Both the position numbers and the translations under genes were made by a program. A stretch of 64,000 bases of DNA from Kudoa neothunni (lineage: Eukaryota; Animalia; Cnidaria), in assembly GCA_964304625.1 (NCBI GenBank), contig OZ199839.1:11002647-11066646 (forward strand), written 5' to 3'. Under the pieces are notes generated by a model. It did not search any database, was not told where the DNA came from, and worked only from the letters and a program-made list of their open reading frames with translations. This document shows positions 55,478 through 64,000 of this stretch, in pieces. Position 1 is the stretch's first letter; every line of letters starts with the position of its first letter.

Positions 55478-57881
55478 CCCTTTCGTTCCCATTGTCCACG
55501 TTTAGTGGACAAAAATTAATTCGTTTATATATTTGTGCACATTAATTATTAAAGATTTATAATTATATATTAAACATAAGTTGTTACTCAATATATTAAA
55601 TGAGATAGCATATAATAAATGCTTTATGGTCATTTTTATTTGTGATACAACCCTCCCTTTTTATAACGCTTAAATAATCTAAAACATTTGGAAAAAATAA
55701 GTATCAATAAAATCATAAAATGTTACTGAAAAAAATTTAATATTGTAAAAAATGAAGCGAATATTTAATAAATAAAATTTAATTAATTTGTGATTTAAAT
55801 ATACCAAAAAAACACACAAATCTCCACGTGGGTATTATAGTGGACATTGGGACTTTGAGGACTTCCGATAGTATATTCCAATGGATCACGATATTGTTTT
55901 TTAGTCAGAAAGAAATTGGAAAAACCATCACAGAAGTAATTGTATTTCCAGATGCGGATAATTCAGAACCAGATGTGATGGTAGATGAGTTGGACTGTCC
56001 TATCATTCAAAACTACGTGGCAGAATTGGGTGATGAAACATATCAAGATTCCAGTGATTCTGATGATGATCAAATTTTAAATTTTAAGTAGGAAAAGAAA
56101 CAGAACGTTCCAAATCCAGCTGAAAATTTAGAAATCAATGAGACAATTTTTAGCGACTTGCAAGACCTCGTATTGCCCATTGAGTATTTCAAATTTTTCT
56201 TTCACGGATGAGTTTATATCGAATATTGCATATGAATCAAATCTGTACGCTACTCAACCAAAATTCCAATTTCAAAACTGATATTAAGGAAATAAAAAAA
56301 TATCTGGGGATTTTGATTATTATGAGGATAATAAGAATGCCGAGGTATCGATGTTATTGGTCGAAACTTGTGAACTATCCTCTCGTTTCCGAGGCTTTCT
56401 CAAGGAAACCGTTTTGAGAAAATATATAAATACTTGCACTTCGTGGATAACTCCTAAAATTATTACGGATCCTAATTCGCCAAAATACGACAAATTTGTT
56501 AAAATTAGACCTTTGTTTGATTTTGTTAGAGCATCGTTTCTAAAGATTGAGCCCGAAAGAAACCATTCAATTGACGAACAGGTTATCCCCGTTTAAAGGT
56601 AAATGTAAGGCCAAGCAATACGTCCCCAATAAACCAACGAAATGGGGGTTTAAAATGTTTGCGAGATGTGGTGTTAGTGGTTTGGTTTACGATTTTCATC
56701 TTTACGATGGACGAAAAACCCGCCGTCACCATAAGCTGTGGTCTTGTATCTGGCGATTTTGTCATAAAGCTGTGCGAAAGTCTACCGCTGAGCAAACCAT
56801 ATTTCACTTATTTCGACAACTGGTTTTACATCTATCCCCGCTCCAAATCTTCTTAAAACGAAGGAAATAATCTATTCTGTTGGTACGATACGTATTAACA
56901 GAGTTAAGGGTTGTCCGTTGAGTAGTGACAAATATTTAAAAAAAGAAGGACGTGGCTAGTATGATTTTGCTCATGACCCTGGTAATGGAATATCGATAAC
57001 AAGATGGTTTGATGGATCAGGTTGTCGCCCTTTCATCTACTCATTCCTCGATTGAGCCAGTCTCAATGTCAAAAAGATTCGATAGGTCTAAGAAAAAAAT
57101 GGTGGAAATTTCTTGTCCAGCTGTGGTTAAGGAATATAACCAAAATATGGGCGGGGTTGACCTATCCGATATGCTCATGTCACTTTATGTTATGAAACAT
57201 AAGTGCAGAAAGTATTATTTTAGAATCTTTTTTTGGGCTCTAAACACATGCATGGTTAACGCTTGGCTACTTTAACAAACGAAATTGTTCCGTGAGACGT
57301 ACCGATAGGAATGAAGTAATGGATTCGTTGGCTTTTTCTTTAGTTAGTGAAAGTCTTATCTACCATCAAGCAATGACTACTCAAACGAAACGTGGTAGAC
57401 CCTCACTTAATCAAACTGATACCGGAAAAAATTACTCCAACGTCGATAAAAAAAGAACGAGGTCTAATCCATTGAGTGATGAAATCTGTCTGGACATGGT
57501 TGGACATGTTCCTGAAATAATGACAACACATTCAAGATGTAGGGTTTGTCAAAAAAAGATCAAATTTAAATGTATGAAATGCCATTCATTTTGTTGTCTT
57601 AAGAAAGAAAGGAATTTTTTCTATAACTTTTATAATATGCTGTAAAAATATTTTAAAATTTTAATTTTCTTATGTTTTCTTTTTTTTTTGCGCGGAACCA
57701 ATGCGCGAATATGTCGAGGCAAATAAATACCCATTGTCCACCTTAGTGGACAGATTAAAAGAGTTTTAAATTGTCGTTAAATAATTTTTGTTTAAAGTAT
57801 AAATTTTAAATTATATCTAATTTTATAATTAATTTTAACACAAAAAAATTTCATGTAAAGAAAAATTCGGCAACGAAAGGG
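55478..57881 (+). mobile_element. piggyBac transposon (PGBD2/3-like), full length, pseudogenised
   Basis: TTAA at 55474-55477 and 57882-57885; TIR ccctttcgtt / aacgaaaggg. Internal palindromes tgtccac..gtggaca near both ends. Motifs SIDEQ, PNKPTKWGFK, YFDNWF and MGGVDLSD, plus a Cys-rich tail. Confidence 0.95.
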
Positions 57882-58349
57882 TTAAAATGAATTAAATAAT
57901 AATGTTTCACATGATTGTCATAAATGCTAAAAGTATAAATGATGCTCTTTATCGATAAAGTCTATTATAAAAATTATAACAACTAAATTAATGTAAAATT
58001 AATCGTTTAAATTGAAATTACATCTTAAAGTAATTTGTTTACAATCATTGATGCGAACAAACCACATTAACACAAGCTCACGTGTTCTTAATTTAAATCT
58101 CGTATATATCGATATTCTTGTTGTGTAAAATCAACGCAACATTTAAAAATCACTTATACAACAACTTAAGTATGGATTTATTGAAGCAAAGTATTAAACG
58201 ATGACGGCATATTTGGCCAATTTAGAGGAAAAAGTCTACTAATTTATTTTCTTTTGAAAATTTATTTAATAATAATTCATTTATTGTTATATGTATTTAT
58301 GAAATTAAAATTTTCATACGTACGTTATTTTGGTAGATATTCCCATCCA

Positions 58350-60599
58350 TTGCAATAGCCACCATCATTTTTTTAAAGTGAGACCCCTATTAGACATCAT
58401 TCGAGAGGCCAGTTTGAAAACTGAATCCGACTATAATCAATGCGTGGATGAGCAGATGATTCCATTTAAAGGTATTTACGAGAAATGAGTCTGGTGGTAT
58501 TGTTCATGACTTTTTTCTGGAGATGGCAATTTTACTTATGATGGCGAAATCTCGGGTTTTCAATACTCCGACATCGTTTTAAAATTGGCCCAGTCTATTG
58601 AAAAGAGGAAACAGACACCACATACATTTTGATAATTATTTTTCAACGCTTCCGCCGCATTCGATTATACTCAAAATGGGTCATCATTCCACGAGTACGA
58701 TGAGAAGAAATCGCCTCCGTAATAGTCCTATCAGTGATGATAAGACCTTTAAAAAAATTGAAGAGGGGCAATTACGAATACGCGCCATATGTAGATAAAG
58801 ATTCAAAAACTAATATTGTGTGTTTGTTAGACAGATCCGCCTTAACTGTGACATCGACAGCTCACTCTATTTCTCCTATGAGCACTATCGACAGATACGA
58901 TCGAAAAGAGAATAAAAGTTGTAAAAATCGATTGGACCATAAATCCAAAAAATGGTATAAGAGGATATTTTCTGTGGGCCATTATGCCAATGTTTTATAA
59001 AGATGTCTTCCAACGTTTACATCATTGTTGACCCCTGTGGCCTCATTATGAAACGTCACTAATTCTTTCTATTAGTATTTAACTCTTCATTATTCTCTCT
59101 ATATCATCACATTTCACCTGTTTTATATTCATGTATGCGTCACGAGAGGTTTTGACAATATCCTTGACAGATAACTTATCTACAAATGCCAATGCTTGTT
59201 AGACGAAATTCCCGCACAACAGTAAGAAAACACAATGAATAATGGCTCAGTATAGATATCATATATAAATCATAGTTATTATAATACATTATTATTTGAG
59301 TTTCCAGTTATAAGTTGTTGCAAACGGCTTTAAAAAAGAATAAATCATATGAGCGTTAATTATGACATGTTTTTCAAGTCATTTTTTTATGTGATACTTT
59401 AATTTCTGGATCATTGGTAGGGTTACACAATTGGAACATTATTTCCAGTCCAGCAGAACTTTGTTGGGTTTTCAAGTTTATAGTAAATGTCATTTATCCC
59501 GAATGAGCCTTTTCGATGGGGAATAGAAACGTCTATTAAAAATTTCGGCATTGTTGGAGGTAAGTTTGTTATTATTGAATATTCGATCATAGGTATTCCA
59601 CGATTCGATGGGGTATTTATTACTTTTAATATAGTTTCTGTTAAAATATTCTAGGAAATTATCTATATTGACATTTTTAAAATATACTTGATTCGTCGTA
59701 CAATTTTTTTAAATTCTTTCTCGACGACATCTCTAGGAGCAAACGCAAGCGAGGAAATCTATTTTATGTAAAAAAAACTCATAATGGTATATCATATCTT
59801 GGGGTTTTTAGTTTATGAATGACAAAATTTACATTCGCGCTATTATCCATTTTGTTTTATTTGTTATTCCACAAAGTTAATTGTTGTAATAAATTATTAT
59901 TTACTCACACGCGTGGGCCGGCAAATGTTTGTCTACGGTAAAAATTTGTCATACCATTCTTTGGGACCATTGATTTGTGTATCCTTAACAGATGACTTTT
60001 CTATAAACGCCAATGCATGTTAAACGAAATTCATTGCGAAAAATATTCGCTGTTTAATGGATTTAGGCGTTTTCGGTGAGCGAGCAATGGATGCATGTGA
60101 ATCAAGTGGTAAATATGATGAGGAAGAGTGGTAAGGGGCCGCCCACATCCGATTTGTTCCTACATCAATTCCAATGACAGCTAGGGTCTATAATCTTTTT
60201 GGTTCAAAGGTAAGTACAAACGTACGATTTGACGAAATATCTCATTTCCCAGAATAAATAGCGGCTAATGTAAGATGTTAATTTTGTGGACTGCATTCCA
60301 GAACAATGAGTCTTAAATGCGATGTCCACTTATGCGTAAATATAAGTATAAACTGCTTTTTAGACTATCATTCGTGTATTTTTTTGGGAACGACAACATC
60401 TTTATAAATTTTAGGACATGTGCATGACCAATTTTTGAGGCCAAGATGTCTCCGAATGATGCCATATGACACCATTAAGTAATAGACTTCCTAATTAAAT
60501 ATTTCTTTAATTTTTGCATATATCATTAATTTTTTAAATATTTTTCACATTTTCAGAAAAAAATATTTTCTCACTCCTTGGTTTTCAGGTCTCGAAGGG
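58350..60599 (+). mobile_element. Fragmented PGBD3-like piggyBac interrupted by a MULE fragment (about 59300-59900, minus)
   Basis: CVDEQMIPFKG and HFDNYF, a Cys-rich tail at about 60270-60370, and right end gaaggg-TTAA at about 60600. The minus strand carries SSLAFAP..FLEYFNRNYI..WN..TSNNAEIFNRR (MULE). Confidence 0.7.
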
Positions 60600-61550
60600 T
60601 TAAGTGGAAATTTAAAAATCCGTGCCCGCAAAAGACATTGTTTACTTGTTTAATAAGAAATTTTTTCATTATTTATTATGTAAAAATATTTTAACTTCGG
60701 CTATTTAAATTAAAAATGTTGACGTATCTATTAACTAAGAATATGGAGACTTAAAGGAAAAAACAGTACACAATAATGGCAATTTTTTACAACGTCTGCA
60801 GAGGAGTAATCTGCTTTTTTAAATAATCGATAATTAATTTTTGCTTAATATACATACAGCCATGTTTCAGATATAGTACAAATTTACATAAGAACCGAAT
60901 GTTTAATCTAAGTTTTTAAAAAGGAACATTTATTATTAAATAATCTAGGAATATTTTTGTTTTAAATATTGCATTGGTATATATGTTACATTGTATATGT
61001 CGTACGGTGATGATTGCTACTTTTATATCCGGAAATATGATTAAATAGTTCTTCCGGTTTCCGGTTATCGAGGTTCGACTGTATTTGAAAATCATTATTT
61101 TTCGCGATTATAAACTTTTCTTGGTCAGGGAGTTCGTTATTTTCAAAAGTAGACAATTATCACTATAAAAAATCCACAAGAAATTTAATTAATAATTATA
61201 AGGTAAATATAATTTGTATTTTCTAAATTTATGATTTTGTTTTTATCGGAATCGTTAAATTTTTGATAATGACCAAAATTAGAATTATGTGAATGAATTT
61301 ATAGTTGTTTCATATTAACGCTAAACATTGAACGATTTTTCGGATTATTTTGAATTGGTTGGCCATTTATTTAATTAAATCGGGTGAATTAATTATAAAC
61401 AATTATTTACGAAAAGAATATGGTATGTATATAAGGATCATTGAATTCATTAGCCGATTATACCTATATAAAGATTCCATCTATAATAGTGTTATAATTA
61501 TTTAAAGTTATTTGACAATTGTACGAATCGGAACCGATAAAATATTGAAA

Positions 61551-63394
61551 ATGAAAACCATCTTTGGATTCTATTGATATGTAATTTTTAAATTTAGAAT
61601 TATAGTTATGATTCTTTTAGATTGTTTCAATATTCTCTATTCAAGTACCGAAATTATCGATAATGATTATAGGAATAGCGCAAACGACACATCACCTGAA
61701 ATGATGTACCGAATTAAATGCATGATAAATCAAAATTTGCCATTCGAACAATATAAAGCAGAAAAATACAATTACACCAATGAGACGAGCCAAGTTTGCG
61801 ATGTGGCAGATTTTGTAAATAACTCAACAAGTACTCTTAACCAAGCAAGAAAATGAATATGGTTTGAAAAGCCAAAGACTGCAGGAAATAATCGAAGTAA
61901 GTAAGTTTATAAATCAGACGACATTTATTTCAAATAACTACATAAATATCAAAACTATTATGGATACTCACATCGGCAAAATTCAAAATATTATCCTGAA
62001 CGAAAGTAAACTAAAAAGTGATGCCAAGTTGTTTAAAGATAAAAAAAGTGAATTTATTTCTAAATGGGAAGGTTACAAAAACAAATACGACCAAATTAAT
62101 GCGGCAAAGGGAAAAATAAAAGATATTTTCGATTCAATAGCCAAATCGATAAAAATTTGTTCTGGAAATGTGAAAAACGTTACCGATTTCAATTATGTAA
62201 TTGGAAAATATAATGTGAGCGACTATTTGGATGAGAATTGGAAAATAATTACTGAAGGTGCTGAAGAGTTGAAAACTGCATGTCAAAACCGATAACGAAA
62301 AGACTATTCCCACCATAGACACATCTATCACCACGGCTTTTGATAATTATAAACAGATTATCAACGAAATTAAAGGGCAAAAAGACGATTTAACCAGTAA
62401 AGTTTCAGGTTTGTCCGATGAAGCTTCCAAATTATAGTAGTCTGATAAATGATATAAATCAAATCACTCATAATAATTTAATTGCTAAATACGATCAACT
62501 AACGGAAGGTTATAATGAAGCCCTCAAAATGATTGAAAATAATAAACGAGAAAGGAGTTTATGGGGCGATTATATCGTTAGAGTGTCTGCTCATTTATCA
62601 AAGGGAAGCGCAGTTGAAATAGATTCATTCGAGAAAGCAATTACCGCTCTAAATGGATATTTGAAAGTGAATATAGACGAAGATGAAAATGAAGGAAAAC
62701 TTAACATATTAACAAAAACGTTTGAGAAACGAAATCGAGAATTTTCGCACCCCAGAGGGATACAATGCTAAACATAGCCAAGTTGAATGCAAAAAACGTA
62801 GAAATCACCGAAAAAATGGATCGAAGCTATCTCTGATGTATTAGAATCACGATTTTATCAAAATAAAGAACGATATCGAGATATATATGTGGAAAATTCG
62901 ACTCCCAGCAATACCTACGCTTTCAATAGAAGCGCGACATCTATTACCGAATATGTAAACGAACTTAAATCAACGGTGGAAAATATAAGTGAAGGGATTG
63001 AGTAAAAGTACTCATCTTTACAATTCTGCTTCACGCAACAAGGATGGAATTGAACATGAAGGAAAAAAACTGGAGGAAATATTTGAATCCCTACACATCA
63101 ATGTACCGACTGTGCCTAAAAACGACGGAGGTAATTCAAAACTGAATACTATGAACCAAACAAAATGAGGTAACGACGGATCCAAAAATGAACAATATTA
63201 CAGCTGAAGAGCAAGATCAATCATCAGAAACGACAACAGCTACAATTACTAATGACTCGAAAAGTCAAAGCAAATCTAGTTTGATTGCTATCGTGGCAAC
63301 TGTGTTAGGGCTTTTGGTGATTATTATTATTGTTGGAGCGGTAATATACCGAACCAAATTGGCAACCAATCAAAAGTTCAACGATAAAATTTAG
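61551..63394 (+). pseudogene. Orphan type-I membrane surface protein, copy B (frameshifted in this sequence; pseudogene or assembly errors)
   Basis: Collinear paralog of 43508-45350 with the same 25-nt intron (61581-61605), the same Cys positions and a near-identical stalk/TM/tail. Multiple 1-bp insertions, mostly extending homopolymers. Confidence 0.85.
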
Positions 63395-63778
63395 TCTTTG
63401 TTTGATGCAAAATTCATATTTATTTAATTCATTTTTAGTATTTTAGATTTATATGGAAAATTTTATTAAATAGTGTAAATGGTTTATAAAATAATATATT
63501 AGCTGATAATAAATTTTAACTTATATGCTGCGTGAAATAGAATGAACATAAGGTGCAGTTCGCGTTTATTTTTTTTTAGTTGATAAAGCCTAAAAATATT
63601 ATAGCTTTGAATTTTTATTAATTATTAAGATCTTGAATTTGAATAAAATAGAGTTTTATTTAATAATTTCATTTAATTAAATATTTTTCATGTATTTACA
63701 TATTTTGGGAAAGCGTTTGTGATTTCCATAAGTTATTAAGATTAACACGAAGAACCACATAAAATCGTCTAGTTTAAT

Positions 63779-64000
63779 TTAACCCTTACGGGACGGACGA
63801 GGTATTTTAGGAGGAATCGCAATTATTTTATTTTTTCGAAATATCTATTTTTTACCTATTTATTTTCCTTTGTAATTTCCCATGCAATCTTTTAATATCA
63901 TATCAACTTTAAAACCAAACTATCAAAAAATTATTTGCTTAAGGATATAAAATATTAGACTACGTTTTCAAAATCGAACTAATAGTATATAATGTTTTTT
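63779..64000 (+). mobile_element. Possible left end of another piggyBac-type element
   Basis: TTAA-CCCTTACGG terminus only. Confidence 0.35.

Noticed and set aside
59150-60035. About 60-bp imperfect direct repeats read as LTRs
   Set aside because: Too short, with no TG..CA ends or PBS. More likely a duplicated piece at the junction of nested TE fragments.
61551-63394. Programmed frameshifting or RNA editing to explain copy B and GALE indels
   Set aside because: The indels are scattered homopolymer extensions typical of long-read error, with no consistent slippery-site or structural context.

Overview
AT-rich (about 30% GC by eye) eukaryotic nuclear DNA. It has very short GT-AG introns, highly divergent animal-like housekeeping genes and many DNA transposons. 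This fits a reduced parasitic metazoan such as a myxozoan, but that assignment is inference only. Seven conserved intron-rich genes can be recognised: RagA/Gtr1, a ZnT1-like zinc exporter, GALE, HCCS, NHP2, COX5A and ATP6AP2. ATP6AP2 is invisible in the ORF track. The intergenic space holds piggyBac, Merlin, MULE, pogo/Tigger, Tc1/IS630, hAT and Helitron-like elements, plus a tRNA-derived repeat. Two observations stand out. The first is a pair of orphan type-I membrane protein genes (43.5-45.4 kb and 61.6-63.4 kb). They share the upstream region, a 25-nt intron, the cysteine scaffold, the stalk/TM/tail and the 3' flank, while the helical ectodomain is a patchwork of strongly diverged and identical blocks, as expected for a variant surface antigen family. 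The second is a degraded, apparently intronless D5-like primase-helicase gene (16.6-18.2 kb), probably an endogenous dsDNA-virus or Polinton-like element. All homology calls come from manual motif recognition; no searches were run, and degenerate-element boundaries are approximate.
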